Assembly: GCA_020137815.1 (NCBI GenBank)
Contig: CM035352.1
Span: 1-64,000, forward strand
Length of the DNA stretch: 64,000 nucleotides
Source: Hormiphora californensis
Taxonomy: Eukaryota > Animalia > Ctenophora
Reading direction: 5' to 3'
Of the stretch, positions 21,500-34,430 are shown in pieces. A model generated the notes under the pieces. The model was given only the letters and a program-made list of their open reading frames with translations. It ran no database searches and had not been told where the DNA came from. Each line of letters begins with the position of its first letter. Position 1 is the first letter of the stretch. The position numbers and the translations under genes are program-made.

Positions 21500-24400
21500 G
21501 GGTAAAGGGCGTGAAGGCCCGGGAAAGACAGTGAAGGGCATTGAAGGAAAAAGGAAAAGGGTTGGGAAAAACAGAGAAAACAGGGAAGGGGAGGGGAAAT
21601 TTCGGGAAGGGGGCAGTAAAAGAACCCGTAAGAGACAGTTTAAGGCAGTGGGAAAAACCCGGGGAAAGGGCAGGGAAGGATGAGAAGGCAGGGAAGGGCA
21701 ATTTTGGGCAGGGGGAAGGGTAGGGAAGGCAGGGAAAGGGAAAAGAAGGAAAGAAGGGAAAAAAGGATAGTGGGTGGGGAGGAAAGGGGTAGGGAAGGAA
21801 AAAGGGGGGGACGGGAATTTCAGGGAAAGACAGAGAAGGATGGGAAAGGACAGGGAAGGAATGGGAAGGACTGTGAAGGACATGGAATAACAGGGAATTT
21901 CAAGGGAAAAACGTGGGAAAAACAGGGAAGGAATGGGAAGGACTGTGAAGGACATGGAAGAACAGGGAAAGACAGGGAAAGACAGTGAAGAACAGGAAAG
22001 GATTGGGAAGGACAGAGAAGGACGGGGAAGTACATAGAAGGACAGTACAGAACAGTAAGAAAGTTTAAGGGCAGTAAAAACGGGGAAAGGGCAGCAAAGG
22101 ATAGGGAAAGGGCAAAGGGGAAGGTAGAGAACCCAGGGAAGGGCCGTGATTGGGGCAAAGGGAAAGGGAGGGAGGGGCAGGGAATGGGAGCGAAGGACAA
22201 GGAAAGGGTAGAGAAGGGGCCCGGGAAGGGAAAGGGGAAAGGAAAATGGGGAAAGGGTATGGAAGAACAGGGGAAAAACAGGGAAAAACCCGTTAAAAAA
22301 AGGGAATTTCCGGGAAGAAAGGGAAGGGGCAGGGAAGGATACGGAAAGGGGAGTGAAGGGCAGGGAAAAATAGTGAAGGGTTAGGCAAAAGACCAGGGAA
22401 AAAACAATGAAGGACAGTAAAGAACAAGAAGGAAACGAAGGATAGGGGAAAGACAGGGAAGGGCAGGAAATTTCCGGGGAAGGGCAGTACGAACATAAAA
22501 AATGTTAAAAAACAGATAAAGGCAGGGAAGGATAGGGAAGGACAGCGAAAGACAGGTAAGGAGAGGGAAGGAGAGGGGAAAGGGCAAAGGGAAGGGTTTG
22601 GGGGGGGGGACCGGGGAAAGGGTACGGAAGGGGCAGTGAAGGACAGAAAAACGTCAAGGACAAAGGGAAAACCCGGCAAAACATTTTAAAGGGGCCCTGA
22701 AAACCCGGGAAGGCAGGCAATGACAGCGAAAGGGTAGGGAACGACAAAGGGGGGACGGGAAGGATAGAGAAAGGGTTTGGGGGGGACCCTTGGGGTGGCG
22801 GGAAAGGGCAGGGAAGAACATGTAAAAACATGAAGGGGCAGTGAAAAACAAAGGGGGGCAGCAAAGGATGCGAAGGGGCAGGGGAAGGGTGAAAAGGACA
22901 GGGAAAGGGCAGTGTGGGAAAGGGGAAGGAAAATGGGGGGGTCGGAAAGGGCAGTGAAGGACAGGGGAAAAGGGCCTTTAAAGGGGTGAAGGACAAAGGA
23001 AAAAACCCGGGAAAAACAGTGAAAGTCGAAGGACATTAAAGGGCAGAAAAGGGGTATGGAAGACAGGGGAAGGGGTGGGTTTAGGGAGAGGATAGGAAAG
23101 GATAGGGAATTAAGGGGAAATCAGGAAGGACGTGGAGGGGCAGTAAGGACAGGGAAATACGGGGGAAAAAAACCCTACAAAGGCAGTGAAGGACGAAAGG
23201 AAAACAAACCGCGAAGGATAGGGGAAGGAAAAGGGGTTTGAAAGGATAGAGAAAGGGCAGGGAAAGGGTAGCGAAGGACAGGGAAGGAAAAGGGGGAAAG
23301 GGCATGGAAATAGAGGGGGGACAGGGAAAAGGGCATGGGTTGGGGGGGAAGAACAAAGGGGGGGACAAAAGGGAAAAGAAAAACGAAGGACAGGGAAGGA
23401 TAGGGGGAGGAAAAGGGGGAAGGGAAAGGGGAAAGGGCTGTCAAGGACAGGAAAAAACAGAAGAAAATTTAAAGACAGTGAAGGACAGTTGGAAAAAACC
23501 GGGAAAGCAGCAAAGGATACAAAGGGGGAGTGAAGGACAAGAAGGGCAGCGGGGGGGTTGGGGGAAAGACAGGGGGGGCAGGGAATTACAGGGGAAAAAC
23601 AGTACAGAACTGGAAAAAAAAAGTGAAAAACAATAAGGACCCGGGGGAAAGGGTAGGGAAGGACAGCGAAAGACAGGGAAGGATAGGGAAGGACAGGCAA
23701 GGATTGGGAAGGATAGGGAAGGATAGGGAAGGGCATTTAAGGGCAGGGAAAGGAAAATCAAGGACGGAAGAACAGGAAAGACCAGGGGAAAGGGCAGCGA
23801 AGGAAAAGGGGAAAGCAGGGGGGGGCAGGGAAGGAAAAAGACAGGGAAAACAGTGAAGGACAGGAAAAGGGTAAGGGGAAGGACCCGCGAGTTAAGGGAA
23901 GGACAGGGGGAACATGTAAAGACGTGAAGGGAAATGAAGAAAAGGGAAAGGGAAACGAAAAATAGGGAAGGGCAGGGGGAAAATTTGAGAAGGACCCGGG
24001 AAAAGGGCAGTGAGGGGGGAAAGGGGAAGGAAAGGGGGGGATCGGGAAAACAGTGAAAGGGCAGGGAAAGGGGAGTGAAGGGGGAAGGACGGGAAAAACC
24101 CGGGCAAAGACAGTGAAGGACAGTTAAGGACAGAAAGGGCTATAGAAGAACCCAGGGAAGAACAGGGAATAACAGGTAGGGACAGGGAAGGACAAGGGGA
24201 AGGGTAGGGGCAGGGAGAGGAAAAGGGAAGTACAGGGGAATACAAGGAAGGACAGGGGGAGGACGTGAAGGGCCCGGGGGTACAGGGGAAATACAGGGAA
24301 AACCTACGGGGCAATTAAAAACAGGAAAAAGGGCAGCGAAATTCGAAGGATTGGGGAAGGGCCGGGATCGAAAGTTAGAGAAGGACAAAGGAAGGGTTAA

Positions 24401-26587
24401 AGAAGGACGGGAAGGGTTGGGGAAAGGGCAAGGAAACAATTTAGGATTAAAAGGGCAAGGGGAAAAACTGGGAAAAAACAGTTTAAAAGGGCAGTTAAAG
24501 ACGAAAGGGGATGAAGGACAGGGTAGTACTGGGAATAATAGGGAGGGACTGGGAAGGACAGGGGGGGGTAGGAAAGGGGTTGTGAAGGGGCAATGAAGGA
24601 CACGGAAAGGGCAGGGAATCCGGGAAACATATAAAAGGAGTGAAGGCCGAAAGGGCGCGAAAGGGTAGGGGGGGACAGGGAAGGGTAGAGGGAAAGGGTA
24701 GGGAAAGGGTATTTAAGGCAGGGGAAAGGGTAGGGAAGGGCCCGGGGAAAGGGCAGGCGAAAGGACAAGGAAAAAACAAAAAGGACAGCGAAGGATAGGG
24801 AAGGATAGGGAAGGACAGGGAATTACAGGAAGAAAAGTACAAACCCCTAAAAAACAGTGAAAAACAGATAAAGGGCGGGTAAAGGGTAGGGGAAGGGCAA
24901 ACGAAAAACAGGAAGGATAGGGAAGACAGGGAAGGACAGAAGGACAGGGAAAGGGCAGGGAAGACAGGGGAAAAACCCGTCAAGGAAGGAAAACCAGGGA
25001 AAGACATTGAAGGGGATTTAAAACAGGGGAAAGAAAAGGGAAGGGCAAACGAAAGGGTAGGGAAAAAGACAGGGGAAAGGGCCGGGAAGGATAGAGAAGG
25101 GTAGGGAAAGGGCAGTGATGGATAGGGAAGGGTGGGAAGGCCGGGGATGACAAGGGAAGGCCCGGGAAAGGGGGGGAAAGGGGGGGGGGGGGGGGGGGGA
25201 AGGTAAAAGGGCAGGGAAAGGGCAGTGAAGGCAGGGGGAAGGGCAGGGAAAGGGAAAAGGAAGGGAAAGGGGGGGCAGGGAAAAGGATAAAAGGAGGAAG
25301 GAAAAACCCGGGGGGGCCCGGGAAGGGCAGGGAATACGAAGGGGCAAAAAAGGGCAGGGAAAAGGAGTAAGGGGGTGAAGGGGCAGGAAAGGGCCCGGGA
25401 AGGGAAAGGGGGGGGAAGGGGACAGGGAAGAAGTTTTAATACGGGAAAGGGGCCATGGGAAAAACAGGGAAATACAAGGGAAAATAAACAGTGGGACAGG
25501 GAAAAACCGGGAAGGGTTAAGGCAGGAGAAAATATAGGAAAGGACAGGGAAGTAAAAAGGGAAATTTAAAAGGAGGGAAACATTTAAAGGAAATGAAGGA
25601 CAGGGGAAAAACGGGAAAAACCCCGTAAGGACAGTTGGGAAAAAACAGGAAAGGGGACGGGAAAATGGAAGGGGTTTGGGGAAAGGGCAGGGAAAAGGAA
25701 AGGGATTTTGGGGGAAAGGGCATGGGAAAGGGGGGAAGGAAAAAGGGAAAAGGGAGGGGAAGGCAGGGAAAAGGCAGGAAGGAAGTGGGAAGGGGGCAGG
25801 GAAGGAATGGGGAAAAAAAAGGGGAAGGAATTAAAGGGCAGGGGGGAAAGGGCAAGGAAAAGGGAAGGGGAATGGGAAAAAGGGAAAAAACCGGGAAAAG
25901 GGAAAGGGAAAAAGGGTAGGGAAAGAGGAACAGGAAGGGAATGAAGGACCGGGAAGGAAAGGGAAGGGCAACAAGGGGGTTTTAAGGACAAAGGGGGGGA
26001 CGCGAAGGGAAGGGGGGGACAGGGAATCAAGGAAAGAAGGGAGGGGGAAGGGAAATGAAGGACAGGGAAGGATAAGGGAGGACCAGGGAAAAACAGGGGA
26101 AGGAAAAAAAAGGGAAAAAAAGGGAAAAGGGCGGAAAAGGAAAGAAGGGGAAAAAAGTAAGGGGAAAAAAGGACCGGGGAAGTTGAAAGGGCAGGGGAAA
26201 AAAAGGGAAGGACAACGGGGAATTTTTGGGAAAGGGCGGAAGGCCCCGCCAAACCCCCAAGGACAAGGGAAAAAGGGGAAAACCTCCTACATAAACAGGG
26301 GGTTTAAGAAGGAAAAACAATTTTTTTTAAGGCAAAAAACCCCAAACCCCAAAGGTTTAAAGGGCAGGGAAACCCTGTTCCCAAAGCCCCATTTTCAAAG
26401 GGGGCAGTGGAAAAACCTGGAAAAACTTTTAAAACGAAAATAAAAAAACCCCCCCACCCCAAACTTTTTTTTAAAAGAATTTTTGAAAATTTCCTTTCCC
26501 CCCTTGGGGTAAATTTTTGCCATGAATTCCAAATTTTTTTTTTTTTTTCAATTTAAAAATTCCCTTAATTTCCGGGGGGGGGGGGGG

Positions 26588-26626
<39 letters not shown>

Positions 26627-27140
26627 AACCAAAAAATTTGTTTTAAAAGGAAAAAACATTCTGAACCCCCTTCAAATTTTTGAACCCCCCCCCCTCTTTC
26701 TTTTCTCCTCTCTCTCTCTCTCTCCTTCCCTCTTTTCTCTCTCTCTCTCTCTCTTTTATGGAAGGAGGAAGAGAAAGGACAGGCGTAAGGACAGGAAGGA
26801 AGGGAAGGACAGCAAAGGATGGAAGGACAGGGAGGAAGCGAAGGACAGTGAAGATAGTGAAGACAGGGAAGACGCAACAGGAGGACAGGAAGGTTGAGAA
26901 GGACAGGGAAGTGAAGGACAGGAAGGAAGGAAGACAGGGAAGACTAAGGACAGTGAAGGACAGGTACAGGAAGAATACAGACAGAGTGAAGAGTGAAGGA
27001 CAGGAAGGAAGCGAAGGACAGGGAAGGCATTGGAAGGCCCGACAGGAAGGACATGAAAGAAACAGGGGCAATGACAGAGAAAGTAAGTGAACATGAATAA
27101 AGACAGGAAGACACGAAGGATAGGGAAGGAAGGGAAGGCC
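21500..27140. repeat. Degenerate (CAGGGAAGGA)n purine-rich satellite array, probably low-accuracy consensus
   Basis: Strongly G/A-biased strand, 10-mer remnants, many inflated homopolymers. Confidence 0.85.
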
Positions 27141-27555
27141 AGTTCGCCAAAGTCCCCTATAGTCCTCTCTGAACAAGCCATAGAAAAACCTCAGACTTCA
27201 GGGGCTTATGCAGACACATTTTGATGTCATACTTCTAATTACATTCCAATACTTCAGGGTTCAGGAAGTTTCCACATTCCAAGTCCCTATCCTAAGGAAG
27301 CATCCGTGAAAACGACCTCGAGACTTTTCAAACGAGCCCTAAAAACCTTTCTACGACTTTATTTTAATAGTATGTAATTACTTCTAATTACATTCCAATT
27401 GTCCCCCGTGTGTGGTGGTGTGGAGAATCCTTTTACTCAAAGTCCGATGCAATTCCAATGATGTTTTTGGTATACACATTTTAGAAAATACATTATATGC
27501 GGGGCCACGAACAGAATTGGTATACACAATTCTGACCTTCAAAATCGAACTCTCT

Positions 27556-27757
<202 letters not shown>

Positions 27758-28989
27758 ATCATAGCGCTGGCAAGCGCCCGGGTCCCAATCCTCCCTCCCC
27801 CAACCATCCTTCCCTAAAAAATGTCCATTTTCCAAGCATTCTTGCTTCCATTGAATGGAAAATCGAAATTGCGAAAAAAAAAATTTTTGAATTTTTTGAA
27901 AATTTTTGAAAATTTTGACAGCGCTACTATACTTATAGTCTGAAATCGGCAATTTCAACTTTGTTTTAGACAACCTTCCCGTTGTCCTACGAACTTGCCG
28001 CTTGGTAGTTTGTGTTGCCTTGACACCTAGAGCCCACGTTCAAAATTTCATGCAAATCGGAGTTACGGTTTTTACGCTACAGAGGGTCGTGTTTTAGACA
28101 AAATGTCCGTTTTTCGCGTCACGAACCACCGTAAAATAACCAATTTTTTGCGTACTTAATAGAGGAGACAGTTTTAAAGCTATCACCATGAAACTTTGGG
28201 AGTCGGTAGGTCTAGTGATGTACCTTGTATTAAAGCTTGGACAGAGAAAACGGACAGTCATAACAAAAGTTATGACTGTCTTAAGTTTTCTTTTGCGTTT
28301 AAGACGGTCTTCCCGTCGTTCTACAAATACGCCGCTTGGTACGCGGTGTTGCCTTGACATCTTGAAGACATGTTAAAAATTTCAAGCAAATCTGAGTTGC
28401 GGTTCGTCAGTTACGGACCTAGAAAAGAGCAAATTAAACTACAAATCATGATTTCATCATATATATTTTGCCAACGTATGTCAACTGCTGTATTTTCAGG
28501 TATAATTGGTAGTCATAGATTTATGACTGTCTTAAATTTAAGACGATTTAAAAAATACCTAGAAAGAAGCGATTCAGAGTCTAAATTAACATTGAAATAG
28601 ATTTATTTTATAAAATTAGGTTTATTGCCGCATTTTCAGTTATAATTGGTAGTCATATCTAGAGTTACGACTGTCTTAAATATACGACGATTTCAAAAAT
28701 CACTGAGAAATGAGCGAATTAGCACCTAAAACCTGATTGCATCAGATATATCTGATTATCAACGCTTATCCGTGATTATTATCCGTGACTAATAATCAAA
28801 ATCATAGAACAATCGCGGAGCGCCAATCGTGAATATATCAAATGCTGATAACTAATCAATAATAGTAATCGCGGATAACTAACCACGATAACTTATCGCG
28901 GAATAAGTAATATAATAGTAACCAATCGCAGATAGCATATTCGTAGATGGCTAATCGCGATAGCTAATCGCGATAGCTTATAATACAGG

Positions 28990-29637
28990 TTGGTGACATT
29001 GACACCTAGTGCGTGCTAGATCGAGCTCGCACATAGGTGTCCGCTCCGCCCCCTAAAAAAGGGTCGTGTCTTTCAAGCCAAATTGCACGTGATCCACTGG
29101 ACCGATTTGCATCCGGTTTGTCGCAAAAGACTAAAAATTGGTCCTAGTTTACTGGAAAATACCCGAGAAGTTTGCCTGTCAACAGGAAGTGGGTCAAAAT
29201 TGACACTGAAGTCAAATCTATAATCTGGCTTCCGAGCCTTTTTGCACCACTCCCAGACGGTGTAGAATGAATCTGAGGGTATCAGAAGATAGGTTGAACT
29301 CTTGTGAGTACTGGAAAATACCCGGCATTAATAGCTGATGCTAATTGCATCAACATATCTCCCAATATCTTCTAAATCGCATGGGCGTAGTGCAGAAACT
29401 CTCGGAAGCCAGATTATAGATTTGACTTCAGTGTCAATTATGACCCACTTCCTGTTGACAGACAAACTTCTCGGGTATTTTCCAGTATATTAGGATCATT
29501 TGTAGGCGACAAACCGGATGCAAATCGGTCCAGTGGATTGCGTGCAACATCCCTTGAAAGAAACGACCCTTTTTGAGGCGGAGCAGACACCTGTGTGTGA
29601 GCTCAATCTTGGTCGCGCACGGTGTCTATGTCACCAA
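28990..29637. mobile_element. Mutator-like MITE
   Basis: TIR TTGGTGACA...TGTCACCAA; 9-bp TSD TAATACAGG; absent from the right arm. Confidence 0.88.
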
Positions 29638-29642
29638 TAATA

Positions 29643-30279
29643 CAGGGTGTTCATTTTGGATCTTTACAAGCGTTAGGCTTCACCCAGAAAAAAGTTGACA
29701 AGATTAGGTCATGAAACTTCATACTTGGACTATTCTATACCCTCATTCAAGGTTCCTGGGGTTTTTGGAGCTTTAGGACCCTGGGAAGTGTGTTTTTGGC
29801 ATCAAAACTACCAGAAGGAATTTTTTGCTGGTGCTGAGACTTTGCTTAAATGTTTTTCGGGTATTTTCTATGTCAATCCTAAAGTTTCATAGAGATTGGA
29901 TGTGTTTTTCAGACTCAAAATTTCATAAAAAGTGGCTGGAAAGACTCAATTTTAGCCGTTTTTGAGCTGTTTTCGAGCCTTTCCAGCCACTTTTATCGAA
30001 ATTTTGAGTCCGAAAAACACATCCAATCTCTATGAAACTTTAGGATTGACATAGAAAATACCCAAAAAACATTTTAGCAAAGTCTCAGCACCAGCAAAAA
30101 ATTCCTTCTGGTAGTTTTGATGCCAAAAACACACTTCCCGGGGTGCTAGAGCTCCAAATCCCCCAGGAACCTTGAATGAGGGTATAGAATAGTCCAAGTA
30201 TGAAGTTTCATGACCTAATCTTGTCAACTTTTTTCTAGGTGAAGGCCAACGCTTGTAAAGATCCAAGATGAACACCCAG
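29643..30279. mobile_element. Tc1/mariner-type fold-back MITE (CAGGGTGTTCAT)
   Basis: ~300-bp TIRs, TA flanks; identical inverted copy at 36064-36700. Confidence 0.9.
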
Positions 30280-30479
30280 TACTTATAACGGATTCGTGAT
30301 TGGTTATCCGTGATTACTATAATATATTAGATATTCGCAATTGATATCCGAAATTGGATTTCTGCGATTATTATGAGGCTACCTACGATTGAAAAAGTCC
30401 GTGAATCCCCAATCGTTTAATCGCGTTTATTAAATTCAGCTAGTATTAAAAAATGCATGTCGTAGTATAACAAAATGCT

Positions 30480-31225
30480 TGATACTAGATCCAAAAACCA
30501 AACAAGTTTGGTGGATAGCCGGGGCCGCAGAAATTAAAAAACGTGCGAAAGTTTTGATACATGAACTTTCGGGGCCTGGGGTGCTGTTAAATTCGCGTTT
30601 CCATGATATAATAGTCAGCCGTTCATTCAAAGCATATACTATTGTTCTGTAAAACAGACTCTGAAACGACCCAATGGCCACTGTGTGCAGTACATTATAT
30701 ATGTGACATGTGTTGATCTGTAGGATTTTATTATGCCTATAAGTTGTACCTGAAAACTTATAACACGAGACCGAAGGTCGAGTGTTATAAGTACAACAAT
30801 AATGATCCGAGACCACAGGTCGAGGCAGATTCTTGTACTTTAGTGCACGAGCCTGCGAGTGCCACTAAGTGTAACTACCTCACGAGCCTGCGAGTGATGT
30901 AGTTTTACTTTTTGACCGAGCCTGCGAGGTCTAAAAGTGTACGAATCTGGGACATTATTGTCGACGTCAGGTACAACGAAAACAGGCACAATAAAATTGC
31001 ATTGTAAAATTTTTTAAACAAGAGTGAGAGACATTTTAGGGCGTAACAATAGAACAAATTCATGATAAGGTAGCAGGCAGAGAAATCAGTATAAGATAAG
31101 ATAACGCCTGAGATAGGAAAAGAGAGTGAGAGATTAGTGAGAGTGAGAGAGATAAAGAATGTGTGGGCCCGGGAGTTCGTAACCGTTATCTTGATCTCGA
31201 TACTGCAACGGCGAGAGTGTGACAT

Positions 31226-31311
<86 letters not shown>

Positions 31312-31759
31312 TTCGTACACGTTTATCTTTCTAACGGTTTTTAAGTGTGACAGAAACAGTGGAGTAAGGAGTTCGAAGTGCAGCGGTGTTATAAGTTTTC
31401 ATGTATCACTGGGGGGTGTTATAAGTGAAAACTTATAACACTGGGGGGTGTTATAAGTGAAAACTTATAACACTGGGGGATGTTATAAGTTGTACAAGCA
31501 GTGCTACCTAAAGAATTATATTATATCTCAAAATTTTACAATGTATGTTTGATAATGCGGAATAAAAAATAATGATAATTTGATCATTGCGATAGTTTCC
31601 TAGCGTATAGTTTGAAAATGTTGCTGGTTATAATCATGGAAACGCGAATTTAACAGCACCCCAGGCCCCGAAAGTTCATGTATCAAAATTTTCGCACGTT
31701 TTTTAATTTCTGCGGCCCGGCTATCCACCAAACTTGTTTGGTTTTTGGATCTAGTATCA
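30480..31759. mobile_element. TIR element TGATACTAGATCCAAAAACC
   Basis: ~125-bp inverted ends (30480-30607 vs ~31633-31759). Confidence 0.65.
30738..31494. mobile_element. Possible Crypton-like non-autonomous element
   Basis: Terminal direct repeat TATAAGTTGTAC, CACGAGACCGAAGGTCGAGTG hairpin near one end, 32-bp tandem repeats near the other; lies in a segment missing from the right arm. Confidence 0.4.
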
Positions 31760-33656
31760 GCTCTATGAAATGCACAGTTCACGCCAACCGCTCTTATAAA
31801 ATCAAACTCAAATATTCTCATCTCTCTCTAGGTCTCTCTCCCACTATCCAACCAGCGCTTTCTCACTCTTAGTACTCTCTCTAGCTCAAATACTATCTCT
31901 CTCCAAATCTCTCAGAGTCTAAATTTCTCCACTTTTAATATTTCACTCTGTCTCTGAACTCCTCCTCGCGCGACTCTCAGACTGAAAGTTAATTAATGTT
32001 GCCACACTAACTGGCTTTTTACCGTTTTTTTGCTCATTGAAGCGAAATAACGGCTAAACGGTTGGAGATAGAGCTTAAAAGTCTGACGTCGACCCCCCCC
32101 CCCCCATAACTTGGCCATTGCCTACAAAATGGCAGCAGTGAAATGTCTCTAAACCATTCCTAAGTGGCTATAGCCATATAGCCAAAATACGGTTAAGCAC
32201 ATATCTAATTATCCAATTATCTAATTAACCAGATGAGATAGAGGCGTAATTCCAGCACCTAACCCCACTAATGCGAGGACGCTACACACTCTAGTGCCCT
32301 TGATTCCCCTGCTCGTCTCCTAAGTTGGTTTTTGGGTTTTCGTGCCAGGCTGAAATACATGTGAAAAGGGCGTGGCCCGGAAACCCAACTTCCACACATC
32401 AGAAAGTGCGACAAACTTAGGAGGACATTCTGGGGACCTATCTGAGCATCCTAGAAGTGGAAATATAAACTTGAAAATTAGTTCCCAAAACTGCCGTTTT
32501 TTTGCTCTATTTTCCTGGTCTACAGGGATTCATGGTATAAGACTACGATCAATCTGCTAATAGTGTGAAGCAATATATGCCTAATCGAGATGAATCTAGC
32601 CGAGATCCCTGCTGCATGGCTTGTAAACAGGGTATCGGAAGTGGAGGGTTCCGTACAGTTGTAACACTAGTTGGCAGAAACGAGATGCAGCAGATGTGGT
32701 CCTAACCCTTCTAATTGACATGTACCGGTGACAGTGCACACCAGGACTACTACCCATCGCTCTCGTTACCATGTGTTGGCCAGTTTAGGATCAGTTACCC
32801 CCAACCCACCCTTTATATAACAGTTGTTTAATCGCACTGTATGGGGGAGCCGGGAGAACTGTGTTAAAGACCTGTATGGAGCCTACTGAACAGCACATGA
32901 GAAGGTTGTATCGACCCTGTTAGAATGCAATGTTTGTTTCTACTAGATCCAAAAACCAAACACGTTTGGTGGATACTGGACAGTGCGAATTTTGTATATC
33001 AAGAATTCTTTTTGGACAGTTTATCATTATTATATGTCAGTTATTTTCTTCAGTTTTTCCCACGATATGTGTGCCGTTGTATGTCAGTTATATTCCATTA
33101 TGGTATTGATAGAGTAAATTTTTCCCTAGCTTTGTATCCCGCTCTTATTGTCTTTCAGTGGCAGCAGTTATCTTTTGATCTGCTGCCCCTGGAGGTTATG
33201 GGCGGACTATAACGCCCACTGCGCATTTTTTGGAGAAATAACACCCACGCGGTAGCGGGCTGATATGACTGCATTAGAGATTAACACAACAAGGGGCGGG
33301 GAATGGCGACAAGAGAGAGAGACAAGGGAGATATTGGTAATCTGTATCTCTATCTATTTAATTAGCACCCAATAGTTCGATTGTGTGTGTGTGAGTGTCT
33401 AGACATGGCTGGAGTTGAAAAGGGAACATATTTGAAGGACTGACATGAGTTGTGTTGCGTCTCTCTCTCTGTGTAATTATTTGTTGTTGAACTGTGAAAC
33501 TTTGATGATGTGAATAGTTTGTGAAGTTGAGTTGAAAAACTTGAAAGGGGATTAGTGTTGTTCTCTCCTTGCTTGCAGTGGGCGTTAGGGCGCGCACAGA
33601 CTGTTCATGCGTGATCATGTCCATAAGTGGGCAAGATTTTGATTTCCTGTTATGTA

Positions 33657-33944
33657 ATAGACAGTTGGGTGATCGGATAACTGTTTATTAGCCTCATGTT
33701 TGATATTCAGAGTTTTTGTTATTCTCTCTGTGGCTGAACAAATGAATCAGACGGGTATAATGACGCTACCAGTTTCGAGGATCTACCTCTTCATCGGGCT
33801 CAAATTAATTTGTTTAAAGTAGTGTTGAAAAGTTTGAAACTCTTTTGAGCCCGATGAAGAGGTAGATCCTCGAAACTGGTAGCGTCATTATACCCGTCTG
33901 ATTCATTTGTTCAGCCACAGAGAGAATAACAAAAACTCTGAATA
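33657..33944 (-). mobile_element. Short snap-back retroposon (Penelope-like, non-autonomous) with SL-like loop
   Basis: 11-bp TSD CCTGTTATGTA (33646-33656 / 33945-33955); perfect 101-bp arms 33704-33804 / 33844-33944; SL-like sequence at 33799-33843; 47-nt unpaired tail. Confidence 0.85.
33846..33887 (+). ncRNA. Hammerhead-ribozyme-like motif (PLE minimal type, U4C core variant); mirrored on the minus strand in the left arm
   Basis: CCGATGA-A-GAGG(TAGAT)CCTC-GAAA-C-TG-GTA-GCGTCA. Confidence 0.5.
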
Positions 33945-34039
33945 CCTGTTATGTATACATAGGGTGCACTTTACATAATGCTTCTCTCTCAAATCAGTGT
34001 AGTTAGTATCTCCAAAATCCAAGTGAACTTTTACAGGGA

Positions 34040-34430
34040 AAAGTTGTATATAATTAGTTGTAATTATATTGCTCAATTAGACACAATCATGCTCATTTAG
34101 AGCAATTTATCCACAATTTCGAGCTTAGAAAAGATACTCATGTGAATCAGGGTATCGAAATTAGTGGGTTAAGTGCCTAAATTTGTCATGATAGCGTTTC
34201 CAGGAGAGAAGTTGTAATTTCGGTCGATTAGACCCAATTATGCTCAATTTGAGCACTTCCCCAATATCTGAGAGCTTAGAAAAGATACTCCTGTAAATCA
34301 GGGTATCCAAATCAGTGGGGTAAGCGCCTAAATTTGTCATGATAGCGTTTCCAGGAGAAAAGTTGTAATTTCGGTCAATTAGACCCAATTATGCCCAATT
34401 AGAGCACTTTATCGACCTCTGAGGGCTTTA
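34040..34430. repeat. ~151-bp tandem repeat, about 2.5 diverged copies
   Basis: GAGCTTAGAAAAGATACTC recurs at ~34121 and ~34272. Confidence 0.7.

Larger units (their letters stand above)
27816..31645. repeat. Left arm of a large inverted duplication
   Basis: Reverse-complement match to 53905-54325, 43834-44012, 43091-43564, 36064-36790 and 34663-35203. Confidence 0.85.

Noticed and set aside
20986-27181. Dozens of Pro/Phe/Ser- or Gly/Lys/Arg-rich ORFs
   Set aside because: By-products of the purine-rich satellite and noisy sequence.
31760-33640. Host gene exons in the spacer between the inverted arms (also checked 54390-55050 and 56530-57340)
   Set aside because: No convincing ORF, domain or exon chain could be recognised.
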